A DNA stretch of 52,929 nucleotides from Acidimicrobiia bacterium (GCA_038228615.1 JBBRPC010000002.1:1-52929); one strand, 5' to 3'; counted from the stretch's first letter, positions 25,849 through 35,312 are shown. Numbers and translations are program-made. The notes: generated from the sequence alone by a model not told the origin.

Positions 25849-26688
25849 CTATTTGAGGAGGCGCGACATACGGCGATCGGCGAGGACCTTGCCGTTGGTT
25901 TGACACGTTGGGCAATACACGACCTCGTGCGACTCATACGAGACGTGCTCGAGGTCGGTTCCACAATCAGGGCACGGCAATCCGTGTTTGCCATGGATGG
26001 TGAAGTGCTCACCCAACTTCGGCTCCGAGAGCCCTCCCTTTCGAAGTCGTTCGAGTGCCAGACCGTCGGCCAGGGTGCATTGAATCGCCGCAAGCAGCCG
26101 TTCACGACCTGGTGCGTCGAGCGACTTCAACGATGAGTACGGCGACAATTTGGCTCGATGCAAGATGTCGTCGCTATAGCCGCGCCCTATCCCTGCGACC
26201 GTTCGTTGATCGCGCAACAACGTGTGGATTCGTCGCCCGTCGACACTCGTGCGGATGAGCGCCGTGAACGCTTCGGAATCCGGTTCAGGACCAAGCCGGC
26301 TCAGGGGTCCATCATCGCCAGCGGCGAGTACCCACCAACCTGTTTTTCGTTCGGTTCCAAATTCGCGCAGCAACAGGGCGTAGCCATTGGCAAAGTTCCA
26401 GCGAACGACGGAACCTTTTGGCTTGGTCGATTTCGCGGTCGGTTCGATATCGAGGCGCCCAGCTTGCGAGCAATGAAACAGCAGTCGGTCGCCTCCGTCG
26501 AATTCCAGCCACACGTACTTCGCGCGGCGGCCCATCGAGATGACGGGCCGGCCGATAAGTGATTCGGGCGCAGGCACGACAGTTTTCAATCCATGAAATG
26601 AATACGGGGTGAATCCGCTGAACGCAGCGCCAATCACCACCTCGCCGATGCGCTCCGCGAGTGCCTGCATTTGCGGAAGTTCGGGCAT
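25849..26688 (-). CDS. Fpg/Nei-family DNA glycosylase/AP lyase
   Basis: The N-terminal MPELPQM carries the catalytic Pro2/Glu3. The C-terminal zinc finger reads CPDCGTDLEHVSYESHEVVYCPTCQ. Confidence 0.85.
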   Translation of the reverse strand: MPELPQMQALAERIGEVVIGAAFSGFTPYSFHGLKTVVPAPESLIGRPVISMGRRAKYVWLEFDGGDRLLFHCSQAGRLDIEPTAKSTKPKGSVVRWNFANGYALLLREFGTERKTGWWVLAAGDDGPLSRLGPEPDSEAFTALIRTSVDGRRIHTLLRDQRTVAGIGRGYSDDILHRAKLSPYSSLKSLDAPGRERLLAAIQCTLADGLALERLRKGGLSEPKLGEHFTIHGKHGLPCPDCGTDLEHVSYESHEVVYCPTCQTNGKVLADRRMSRLLK

Positions 26689-26716
26689 ATCGCGACGCTA
26701 TCCCTCGTGAATCCGG

Positions 26717-28333
26717 CTACTGACTGTTGCGCTTGCGTCGAGATCGCAAGGTTGGTTTCGTTCGGGTGCTCTCGAGATTTCGCCGGATCACGTCACGCCG
26801 ATCTTGCACATCGCGATAGGTCAAGCTCTCAACCGATGGATCGACGCCGAGCGAAACTTTCACGGCCTCGGGATCGAAAACCACCTCGCTGAGGTCGATT
26901 CCCATTTCCGATGCGAGTAGTTCTCCGTGACGTATCGCAATCTCGGTATGGACGGTTTCGAGTTCGCCAATAATGTCGAGATCCGGCGCCAAGGTTGCGA
27001 TGGAACCATCGAGAAACATTAGACTTTTTACAAGGAGCATCAATACTTTCGGGATGCGAGCGCCGTATCCCATCAGTTTCTTGGTGAGGTCGCGGAGTTC
27101 ATTGAGGAGTTGGTCGGCGTTCAATGTGGTGGGGTCGACCATCGGGCGATCGAGCCCAAGATCCGTGTATACCTCATCGAGGTCGGTATCAGGTGGAAAC
27201 GCTCCGAGATCGCGCAACGCGCGGAGTTGTGATCGCACGTCGCCCGTTGTCGCACCAACAAGAAGGAACAAGAACGCCATGCGTTCTTTCGCGTTCATTC
27301 GTCCAGTAATGCCGAAATCGAGCAATACGGTCCGCCCGTCGGGGCGCACCATGAGGTTGCCGCCGTGGAGATCGCCGTGGAATACGCCGTGCACCATCGC
27401 ACCTTCCATGAACCCGACGAGACCGGCGTGCAATACCGCAGCTGTATCGATTCCAGCAGCGTGCATCGCGGCGACGTCGTCCCAGGCGAAGCCGTCGAGG
27501 CGCTCCATGACCAACACCCGACGCGTGACGAGTGTGGGATGTGGGCGCGGAATGATGATGGCGCGTTGTTGAGTCTTGGCGAGCACCGCTGCGACGTCGA
27601 GCATGTTCTGCGCTTCGAGTCGAAAATCGAGCTCCTCGACGATCGTCTCGGCGAACAACTCTACGAGCGCGGGCGGATTGGCGAGCGCAGCGACGGGAAT
27701 ACGACCGATGAGTTTCGGGGCGAGCCACGCCATCGCACGGATGTCGTCGCGTACGAGTTGGTTCACACGCGGTCGTTGGACCTTGACGACGACGTCTTCA
27801 CCAGTATGTAGTCGTGCTGCGTGCACCTGGGCAATTGACGCGGCAGCTAGTGGGGCGCGATCGAAATGCATGAAGATTTGTTCCAACGGCCGCCCAAGTT
27901 CCGATTCGACCACCTTGCGAACATGATCAAACGATTCGCCGGGTACCCGATCGCGCAGCAGTCGGAATTCGTTGACGAGTTCTTCGGGAAACAGGCCCTC
28001 TCCAGACGAAACGATCTGGCCGACCTTGATGTACGTCGGTCCGAGTTTTGCAAACTCGACGCGTAGTCGTTTGGAAAGAGCGCTTCGCCGCGGTGACTGT
28101 TCCTGGCGGCGTTCGAGAACTGCCCAGACGCCGAGCGTAAATCCAACGCGAGCGGTGACCGCGATGAGGCGTCGGATCGGCGGGAAACGACGTGCATCGA
28201 GCAAGGTTGGGACCATGTCGCGTGCGTTGTTGCGGACATGGTCGAGCCCTCTCGCCCATCGCAGCGAGTCGAGCGTTACGTTCCACGGGCCAACGTCGCT
28301 AAATCCGAAGTCGTCGACGTCGGGACTTTGCAT
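26717..28333 (-). CDS. ABC1/UbiB/AarF-family atypical protein kinase
   Basis: The product contains LGPTYIKVGQIVSSGEGLFPEE, PLAAASIAQVHAA and FHGDLHGGNLMV. Confidence 0.85.
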   Translation of the reverse strand: MQSPDVDDFGFSDVGPWNVTLDSLRWARGLDHVRNNARDMVPTLLDARRFPPIRRLIAVTARVGFTLGVWAVLERRQEQSPRRSALSKRLRVEFAKLGPTYIKVGQIVSSGEGLFPEELVNEFRLLRDRVPGESFDHVRKVVESELGRPLEQIFMHFDRAPLAAASIAQVHAARLHTGEDVVVKVQRPRVNQLVRDDIRAMAWLAPKLIGRIPVAALANPPALVELFAETIVEELDFRLEAQNMLDVAAVLAKTQQRAIIIPRPHPTLVTRRVLVMERLDGFAWDDVAAMHAAGIDTAAVLHAGLVGFMEGAMVHGVFHGDLHGGNLMVRPDGRTVLLDFGITGRMNAKERMAFLFLLVGATTGDVRSQLRALRDLGAFPPDTDLDEVYTDLGLDRPMVDPTTLNADQLLNELRDLTKKLMGYGARIPKVLMLLVKSLMFLDGSIATLAPDLDIIGELETVHTEIAIRHGELLASEMGIDLSEVVFDPEAVKVSLGVDPSVESLTYRDVQDRRDVIRRNLESTRTKPTLRSRRKRNSQ

Positions 28334-28356
28334 ATGAGATCACCGTAGCGAACGGA

Positions 28357-28377
28357 CCCGGCAGATCAACTGCCGGG
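28357..28377 (-). terminator. Perfect 8-bp hairpin just downstream of the Rpf-like gene
   Basis: The structure is CCCGGCAG-ATCAA-CTGCCGGG at 28357-28377. Confidence 0.45.
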
Positions 28378-28389
28378 CCCGATACGCGA

Positions 28390-29709
28390 CTAGTGCAGTC
28401 CGAGGCAGCGATTCACCCAGGGCGCGTATCCCCGCGCTTGGAAGAGATCCCATGCCAAAAGGTCTTGGTCTTGCACGGTGGCCGTCGCCGGGTTCACGCC
28501 AACGAGATCGGGGCGTGCTGCTCCGCTCGCGGTGCTGTTCCACGTCGATTGATCGAATTGGTACGCACCGAAGTAGCGGCCACTTGGGTTGACAGCCTGG
28601 TAGCCGTTGTCGAATGCAGGCGGGGTATGGCTGGATTCGTGGTGGCGGGTGCACACCAAGAACGCGTCGAGGTGGTCGACGTTTGGCAAACTGTTGCCTT
28701 GCACCGTCCAATATCCGTGGTCGGTCCCTGCGACGCCGACGGTGACGACTCGATTGGAAGTCGTTGCAGCGTCGCCGATGCTCGGAGTCGCCGCACCATA
28801 TGTGAGTACCGAACCGGAGGCCCGGGCGATTGCGTAGCCACTTCCGATGCGGCTGATGCCGACGGCGTCGTTTGGAATCGATCCGTAGGCGCTGCCGTAG
28901 TACTTCGAGTCACCAAAGGTAAATACGCCACCGTCAGCTGAAGCCAACGCGTAGCCATTTCCCGTGGCCGAGGCGGTGATGCCGACAACCGGAGACGTGA
29001 TATTGAACTGGGCTGCGCTTCCTTGGAACGTCGCGTCGCCGAAGCTGAACACACCGCCGTCGCTCGCTGCGAGCCAGTAGCCCTGCCCCGATGGGGTAGG
29101 CGCGATTCCAACGATGTTGTGCAGCGACACATCGGCCGCGCTGCCATGGAAGACCGCGTCGCCGAACGTGAAGACTCCGCCGTCTTGTGCGGCGAGCCAA
29201 TAGCCGTTCCCGCTGGGTGTGGCGGCGATTGCTACTACCGGTTGAGCCAACGAGATGGTTCCAGTACTGCCGTGAAACGCAGCATCGCCGAATGCGAATA
29301 CGCCGCCGTCGCCGGCCGTCAGCCAATAGCCCTTGCCGCTCGGCGTTGCCGCGATTCCGACGAGTGAGCGGGTGAACGGTTGCGCGGCCCCCGGGCCGTA
29401 GTCGGTCACCGTACCGTAGGCGTTGACCCCATTCGCGGTGAGCGTCGGAGCGGCCTGCCGGCTGGAACTCGCTGTTGCAGTGCCTGCAAAGGCCAACACC
29501 GCAGTCGCGGCAACGACGGTCGCGCCGCCGAGGATGCGTCCGGCGGTCGTGACGCGTGCGCTGCCGTCGACTCGACCGTTCGATTTGTTCGATTTCCCCC
29601 GACGAGCTTGGCGTTGCTCGCTGCCCACGATCCCGGTGAGCGCGGTGGCCGTGGTATCAGTGGTGTTCGGAGGTGCAGTGGTCTGTTTTCGTGCGCGTTT
29701 GAATGACAT
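28390..29709 (-). CDS. Secreted protein with 5-6 beta-propeller-type repeats (GYWL..DGGVF.FGDA.F.GS) and a C-terminal transglycosylase-like (Rpf-like) domain
   Basis: I chose the start at ATG 29709 (MSFKRARK), which follows AAGGAG. A TM/signal segment is present (GGATVVAATAVLAFAGTATA). The repeats have a period of about 41 aa. The C-terminus reads CTRHHESSH...YFGAYQFDQSTWNS...DQDLLAWDLFQARGYAPWVNRC and matches the Rpf/transglycosylase-like pattern (C..ES...Y.G..QF...TW...Q.....L....G..PW..C). Confidence 0.7.
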   Translation of the reverse strand: MSFKRARKQTTAPPNTTDTTATALTGIVGSEQRQARRGKSNKSNGRVDGSARVTTAGRILGGATVVAATAVLAFAGTATASSSRQAAPTLTANGVNAYGTVTDYGPGAAQPFTRSLVGIAATPSGKGYWLTAGDGGVFAFGDAAFHGSTGTISLAQPVVAIAATPSGNGYWLAAQDGGVFTFGDAVFHGSAADVSLHNIVGIAPTPSGQGYWLAASDGGVFSFGDATFQGSAAQFNITSPVVGITASATGNGYALASADGGVFTFGDSKYYGSAYGSIPNDAVGISRIGSGYAIARASGSVLTYGAATPSIGDAATTSNRVVTVGVAGTDHGYWTVQGNSLPNVDHLDAFLVCTRHHESSHTPPAFDNGYQAVNPSGRYFGAYQFDQSTWNSTASGAARPDLVGVNPATATVQDQDLLAWDLFQARGYAPWVNRCLGLH

Positions 29710-30005
29710 TGTTGTTTGATGCTCCTTTGTCGGGGCGCGACAGACTGTGTCCGCCCGGAAGGGTTGGCCGCAAGTTTCTTGGGCCAACTCACAACGGTAG
29801 GGAGCCGATGGCGAGGACTGCGAATGGGCACCCCAGAATTGCCTGAACATCAGAATATCGACAGATGGCGTCAGATTCGGGCCCGCTGGGCGAACCGGAC
29901 GGAGCCGTCGCGTGATGTTGGACTAGTTCGAAATAGCTCGAAAGAACTAGTTCGATCGACTGTTTTCACCAGTTACTCGATGCTTGGCACACAGGACCGA
30001 AGCGC
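29710..30005 (-). promoter_or_regulatory. 296-nt divergent intergenic region holding a long, highly structured 5' leader for the Rpf-like gene; candidate riboswitch (possibly ydaO/c-di-AMP class)
   Basis: The minus-strand RNA contains a GUUGGCC-CAAG-AAA-CUUG-C-GGCCAAC hairpin. A second GC hairpin (GGGCGGACA...UGUCGCGCCC) abuts the AAGGAG SD. GGGGUG and CCCGAAUCUG strings are reminiscent of ydaO motifs. The riboswitch class has not been verified. Confidence 0.3.
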
Positions 30006-31445
30006 GTGAAGGACCAGCTTGATGCCGTGATCGTGGGCGCGGGACCGAACGGACTGACGGCCGCGGCCCGGCTCGCGGTGGCTGGCTTTGCGGTGTGCGT
30101 CTTTGAAACGGCCTCGGAAATCGGCGGGGGAACGCGCACCGACACCAGCGCCGTTCCGGGCTTCGCGCTCGACGTCTGTTCGAGCGTTCACCCATTCGGT
30201 GCAGCCTCGCCGGCATTCCGTGAGCTGGGTCTCGGCGACCACGGTCTCGTTTGGTCACACGCACCGATCGCGTTAGCGCACCCGCTCGATGACGGTCGCG
30301 CCGCAGTGCTCGATCGTGATCCGCTACAGACCGCGAAGTCCCTTGGGCCAGATGCAACTCGGTGGCGTCGCCGTTTCGCGACGATCGAACGGAATTGGGA
30401 CGACTTGGTTGATGCAACCTTTGCGCCGATGTTGCGCGTTCCCATGCACCCGTTCAAGCTCGGTCGCTTTGGGGTTGAGGCGCTCCGGCCTGCGACCAAG
30501 GTCGCGACGAGCTTTGACGGAGCCGTCGCGCAGGCCCTCTTTGCTGGCCTCGCCGCGCATACCGCGGTGCCGTTAGAGCGTGTGCAGACCAGTGGAGCGG
30601 CGTTGATGCTTGGCGCGGCGGCAGGAGTTGTCGGATGGCCATACGCAAGCGGTGGTTCACAATCAATCGCGAGCGCGTTGGCTTCAGTGATTGTTGCCCA
30701 TGGAGGAACGATTGTGACGGACCATCCCGTTCGTTCACTCGGCGAGCTTCCGAGCGCTCGCGCGCAACTCTTTGATGTCAGCCCGCACGGGCTTGTCGCG
30801 ATATGCGGCGATGCGCTTCCTGATCGATACCGCGCGGCGATGCAACGGTTCCGCCATGGTCCCGGGGCATTCAAGATCGACTATGTGTTGCGCGAACCGA
30901 TTCCGTGGACCGCTCACGAATGCCGCTTGGCGGGGACGGTGCATATCGGCGGAACAATGTTGGAAATCGCCGCTGCAGAAGCCGCTGTTGCGTGCGGCGA
31001 AATCGCCGAACGCCCCTTTGTGTTGATGGGTCAATCGACTGTTGCGGATCCGTCGAGGGCCCCGGCTGGAGCGCATTCGGCGTGGTCGTACTGCCACGTG
31101 CCACAGGGCGTTGATCTGGGTTCTGTATCCGACCGAATCGTCGACTCGCTCGAACGCCAGATCGAACGATTCGCGCCGGGATTCCGCGATGTCGTGGAGC
31201 AGCGTCGAATACTTGGACCTGTCGAATTGGAGGCCCACAATGCCAATCTGCACGGAGGCGACTTTGGCGGAGGTGCTGCCGATGGTCTGCAGTTGCTCTT
31301 TCGACCGCGCGTCTCGCTTGATCCATACCGCACACCCCTCGACGGGGTCTATCTCTGTTCGGCTTCCACTCCGCCGGGGGCCGGCGTGCACGGGATGTGC
31401 GGCTGGAACGCCGCCGGTTCCGCCATTGCGCATTCACTCTCGTAG
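30006..31445 (+). CDS. NAD(P)/FAD-dependent oxidoreductase, phytoene-desaturase (CrtI)-related family
   Basis: The N-terminal dinucleotide fold reads DAVIVGAGPNGLTAAARLAVAGFAVCVFE...GGG. The length is 479 aa. Confidence 0.75.
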   Translation: MKDQLDAVIVGAGPNGLTAAARLAVAGFAVCVFETASEIGGGTRTDTSAVPGFALDVCSSVHPFGAASPAFRELGLGDHGLVWSHAPIALAHPLDDGRAAVLDRDPLQTAKSLGPDATRWRRRFATIERNWDDLVDATFAPMLRVPMHPFKLGRFGVEALRPATKVATSFDGAVAQALFAGLAAHTAVPLERVQTSGAALMLGAAAGVVGWPYASGGSQSIASALASVIVAHGGTIVTDHPVRSLGELPSARAQLFDVSPHGLVAICGDALPDRYRAAMQRFRHGPGAFKIDYVLREPIPWTAHECRLAGTVHIGGTMLEIAAAEAAVACGEIAERPFVLMGQSTVADPSRAPAGAHSAWSYCHVPQGVDLGSVSDRIVDSLERQIERFAPGFRDVVEQRRILGPVELEAHNANLHGGDFGGGAADGLQLLFRPRVSLDPYRTPLDGVYLCSASTPPGAGVHGMCGWNAAGSAIAHSLS

Positions 31446-31488
31446 CGGATTGATCCGCGCTTGTGAGCGAACGCCCCGGACTTTCGAC

Positions 31489-32949
31489 TTAACGGACGAT
31501 CGCGGTGGCGAGTTCTGCGAGCAGGTGAATTTCTGATTCGATCAGCTTGCGCCAATCGTCGAGATGCAAACTCTCATCTTCACCGTGCGCGTGTGAGTGC
31601 GGGTCTTCAGGGCCGATGAGCAGCGCCGGAATGCCGCCGAACGCATTCACGAACGGTCCAACGAAGGGAACGGATCCGCCCATTCCCGCAGCGACGGGGG
31701 CTTTGCCAAACCCTGCCGTCAACGCCCGTTCGCATGCCTCGAAGGCAGGGCCGGTTGGTTCGGTGGTCCAGGCTGGAACCGCTTCGTGGACGACGGTTGT
31801 CGTTTCGAGACCGAACGGCGTATGCCCTGCGATGTGGTCGAGCACCGTGGTGCAGACACGCTCGGGATCTTGACCTGGAGCAAGGCGAAAGCTCAGCCGA
31901 GCGGTTGCTGCGGCGACGATTTGGTTGGAACTTCCCGCGAGCGGATGCGAATCGAAACCGATCACGGTCAGGTTCGGATGAGCCCAGAGACGTTCAAAGA
32001 CGTTGATCGTCGGATCACCAACGGGCGTCACGCCAGGCCTTGTTCCCGCGGCGCGAAGGTAAGCCTCGGGCGTGGATCCAAGTTCGATGATGCGCGCGCG
32101 TTCAGCCGTCGTGAGCGGTCGTACGTCGTCGCAGAAACCGTCGATTGCGATGACATGGTGTTCGTCGACCATCGACGCGATGAGTCGCGCCAATGAAACC
32201 GTTGGGTCGGGAACTGCCCCGCCGAAGATCCCAGAGTGAACCGGACCGTCGAGCGCACGCAACGTGACGTCGATCGTCGCGAGACCGCGCAACATATACG
32301 TGATCGCAGGTTCGCCTACCTTCCACTGGCCAGCATCCGCGAGCACAAAGACATCGGATCGGAGATCCTCGGCGTAGGTGGTGAGGAATCGTTCGAGGTT
32401 GGGTGAGCCGCTCTCTTCTTCGCCTTCGATGAACACTTTGACATTGCATGGAATCGTTCCGTGCGTGTCGAGCCATGCCTTGACGACCGCAGCATGAGCA
32501 AGGACGCCTGCCTTGTCGTCGCAAACGCCGCGTGCGTAGAGGCGACCGTCGCGTTCGATTGGTTCGAAGGGATCGCTCGTCCAGTTGGCGACGACACCTG
32601 GGGGTTGCACGTCGTGATGCGCGTACAGCAGAACGGTCGGAGCGGCACCATCTTCGGCATGCATCCACTCACCAAGCACCGAAGGGTGCGCGCCGTCAAG
32701 ATGAAGGAGCCGAACGTCCTCGAGTCCGTGCGCGCGAAGGATGTCGGCTGTCAATTCGGCGCTGTCGACTACGTCGGCGTCGTGCGCGGGATCGGCGCCG
32801 ATACTTGGGATGCGCGCCAGTGCTACCAGCGCACGTTGGGTATCGGGAAGCGCGGCGCGCGCGGCGCCGATCACAGGTTCGACATCAAGCGGCATATGCC
32901 ATTGTTGCGCATCGTGCGTGCTCAGCCGAGATCGATCGACATCCCTCAC
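31489..32949 (-). CDS. M20/M25/M40-family metallopeptidase (dipeptidase-like)
   Basis: The product contains VLLYAHHDVQP, RGVCDDKAG, FIEGEEESGS and HSHAHGEDES. The start may be the internal ATG near 32895. Confidence 0.8.
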   Translation of the reverse strand: MRDVDRSRLSTHDAQQWHMPLDVEPVIGAARAALPDTQRALVALARIPSIGADPAHDADVVDSAELTADILRAHGLEDVRLLHLDGAHPSVLGEWMHAEDGAAPTVLLYAHHDVQPPGVVANWTSDPFEPIERDGRLYARGVCDDKAGVLAHAAVVKAWLDTHGTIPCNVKVFIEGEEESGSPNLERFLTTYAEDLRSDVFVLADAGQWKVGEPAITYMLRGLATIDVTLRALDGPVHSGIFGGAVPDPTVSLARLIASMVDEHHVIAIDGFCDDVRPLTTAERARIIELGSTPEAYLRAAGTRPGVTPVGDPTINVFERLWAHPNLTVIGFDSHPLAGSSNQIVAAATARLSFRLAPGQDPERVCTTVLDHIAGHTPFGLETTTVVHEAVPAWTTEPTGPAFEACERALTAGFGKAPVAAGMGGSVPFVGPFVNAFGGIPALLIGPEDPHSHAHGEDESLHLDDWRKLIESEIHLLAELATAIVR

Positions 32950-33022
32950 GTTCCGAGTCCTTGAGGCGCGCCGATTCGCACCGCGACCACCCGGTCATAT
33001 GGGCCGGACCTAGGGTTGCGAC

Positions 33023-33685
33023 ATGACGGCAGATGCTGAGTTTTTCTGGGATCCAATGTGTCCTTGGGCGTGGGTGACTTCGCGATGGGTTGTTGAAGTC
33101 GCCAAACAGACCGGCTTGACAGTGAATTGGCGATTCATCAGTTTGCGCCTTGTCAACGAATCAAAGAACTACGAACAAGATTTCCCACCGCGCTACATCG
33201 CCGGGCACGGCACCGGTTTGAAGTTGCTGCGCGTCGCTGCTGCGGTGCGTGACACCGAAGGTATCGACCCGATAGGTGAGCTATATACCCAGTTCGGTGG
33301 TGATGTGCACGTGCGCGGCCGTCGTGACGAAATGATCGAAAACTGGGAGGCGGGATTCCCCGACTATCTGCGCAGCGTTGGTATCGCCGAGCAGTACATC
33401 GGGGAGGCCAACAACGATGCGTGGGATGAGACGTTGCGCATCGAAAAGGACGAAGCGCTGAGTCGCACTGGCAAGGATGTCGGGACGCCGATAATAAGCT
33501 TCACGCTTGACGGCGAAATGCAATCCTTCTTCGGCCCCGTGATATCTGAAGTCCCGACAAAGGAACGCGCTGTTCCGTTGTGGAATGCCATCTGGGAAAT
33601 CGCAACGATGCCTGGTTTCGCGGAGATCAAACGGTCGCATCGAAGTCGACTCAAACTCGATACGAGTCTTGACCTCGAGGGCTGA
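33023..33685 (+). CDS. DsbA-family thioredoxin-fold protein of the Rv2466c type, with a CPWA (single-Cys) active-site motif
   Basis: FFWDPMCPWAWVTSRWVVEVAKQ compares with the Rv2466c-type FWFDPLCPWCWITSRW. DVGTPIISF and the C-terminal FAEIKR are conserved. Confidence 0.7.
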   Translation: MTADAEFFWDPMCPWAWVTSRWVVEVAKQTGLTVNWRFISLRLVNESKNYEQDFPPRYIAGHGTGLKLLRVAAAVRDTEGIDPIGELYTQFGGDVHVRGRRDEMIENWEAGFPDYLRSVGIAEQYIGEANNDAWDETLRIEKDEALSRTGKDVGTPIISFTLDGEMQSFFGPVISEVPTKERAVPLWNAIWEIATMPGFAEIKRSHRSRLKLDTSLDLEG

Positions 33686-33714
33686 ATCTCGCGCTCTACC
33701 TGTCGCGCAGCGCG

Positions 33715-34470
33715 CTATACACCGTTGGGAAAGCTGCTTTGCAGCCGACGCATCCCGCGAATCCAACGGTCGTAGTCGGTGGCTTTACGCTTGAAGTATT
33801 CAGCAACCTCCGGATGCGGGAGGATGAGAAACTGCTCGTGACCGAGACCGGCAACGACCGCGTCGGCAACGACGTCGGGTTCGAGCATGCCGTCGACTCC
33901 TGCGACTCCACCGCTTTCGGTACCGGCGGTCATCCCCGTACGCACTGCCTGCGGACACAACACCGACACTTTGAGTCCGCGATCTCCATATGTGATCGAC
34001 AACCATTCAGCGAAGGCGATTGCTCCGTGTTTTGTGACTGAATATGGCGCAAGGCCAATCTGGGTAAGTAGACCCGCTGCGGACGCCGTTTGGAGCAAGT
34101 AGCCGGCGCCGCGCTCGAGCATTCTCGGAACTAGATGTCGGGCGGCGCGAATGTGTGCCATCAGGTTGACGTCGATGACCCGCTGCCAAGCTTCGTCGGT
34201 AAGTTCAAGCGCCCCGAAATCGCCGAGAATGCCAGCATTCGAGCAGAACAAGTCGATTGCGCCGTTGCGCTCCTCGGCATCGTCGATCAGCGACTGGAGT
34301 GCCGCGTCGCTGGTCACATCGCAGACGACCGCGTCATCGACGGGGATCCCCTCCGCTCGAAGGTCGGCGCCCACGACGTGTGCGCCCTCGCGGGTAAAGC
34401 GTTGTGCGAGAGAAGCTCCGATACCGCTTGCGGCGCCCGTGACCACCACATGCTTGCCTTCGAGTTTCAC
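33715..34470 (-). CDS. Short-chain dehydrogenase/reductase (SDR)
   Basis: VVVTGAASGIGASLA carries the TGxxxGxG motif, NAG is present, and the catalytic YSVTKHG carries YxxxK. Confidence 0.88.
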   Translation of the reverse strand: MKLEGKHVVVTGAASGIGASLAQRFTREGAHVVGADLRAEGIPVDDAVVCDVTSDAALQSLIDDAEERNGAIDLFCSNAGILGDFGALELTDEAWQRVIDVNLMAHIRAARHLVPRMLERGAGYLLQTASAAGLLTQIGLAPYSVTKHGAIAFAEWLSITYGDRGLKVSVLCPQAVRTGMTAGTESGGVAGVDGMLEPDVVADAVVAGLGHEQFLILPHPEVAEYFKRKATDYDRWIRGMRRLQSSFPNGV

Positions 34471-35312
34471 AAGAGCCTCATTCCGTCGCTATCGATGCTG
34501 CAATGCAGTGGACGCCCAGTGTTGGGCAATGCGGCAATGATGCCACCAACCGCATCAGGTGCGCAGAGCGCGGCCACGCTCGGGCCTGAACCGGAGAGCC
34601 AAGCGCACCACGACCCGGCAGCCAACATCGCGTTGTACACATTGAGTGATTCTGGCGCTGCTGCGAAACGGCGATCTTGGTGGATGCGATCGACGCACGC
34701 GGCGCGCAATGCGCGGGTATCGCCGGCAGCCAACGCAGCAACCAGCACGCTCACTGCTGCGATGTTGAACACCGCATCGCCGAACGGAACGTCGTCGGGC
34801 AGCGAATGGCGCGAGCGTTTCGTCGAGGTCTCGGTTTGCGGTATCCAGAGCACGACCTCGGGATCCATACCGAGCGGAATCGAAACGACGGTGGTGCCAG
34901 ACACTGCGACGATTCCACCGAACACGCTCGCTCCGACGTTGTCGGCGTGGCCTTCGAGTTCGGTGGCGATCCTCAATGACGCGGTCCGCGACTCCCCGAA
35001 TGTTGCTCCTTGTTGCAACTGCGCTCCCGCGATCCCTGCGACTCGAGCGGCTCCAGAAAATCCAAGCCCTCGCCCGCCGGGAAAGGCTGCGTGCGCAGTA
35101 GCGACTCCCACGCCACCGTGCGCTCGAAACGTCCTGACGGCAAGATGTTGCTCATTCGAGCTGTCGCTGTCGCTGTCGCTGTTGCCGGGGTCGTCAGGGT
35201 TGCGGTCGTGGAAGGTGAAGTCGAGATATGACGTGAGTGCCATGCCGAGTGCATCGAAGCCAGGCCCCAAGTTGGCAGACGAAGCTGGTACTCGCAGTGT
35301 CGTTGAACTCAC
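34467..35312 (-). CDS. thrB: Homoserine kinase (GHMP family)
   Basis: The product contains VPASSANLGPGFDALGMAL and the GHMP motif PGGRGLGFSGAA. Its ATG overlaps the stop of the upstream VOC gene. Confidence 0.8.
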   Translation of the reverse strand: MSSTTLRVPASSANLGPGFDALGMALTSYLDFTFHDRNPDDPGNSDSDSDSSNEQHLAVRTFRAHGGVGVATAHAAFPGGRGLGFSGAARVAGIAGAQLQQGATFGESRTASLRIATELEGHADNVGASVFGGIVAVSGTTVVSIPLGMDPEVVLWIPQTETSTKRSRHSLPDDVPFGDAVFNIAAVSVLVAALAAGDTRALRAACVDRIHQDRRFAAAPESLNVYNAMLAAGSWCAWLSGSGPSVAALCAPDAVGGIIAALPNTGRPLHCSIDSDGMRLL

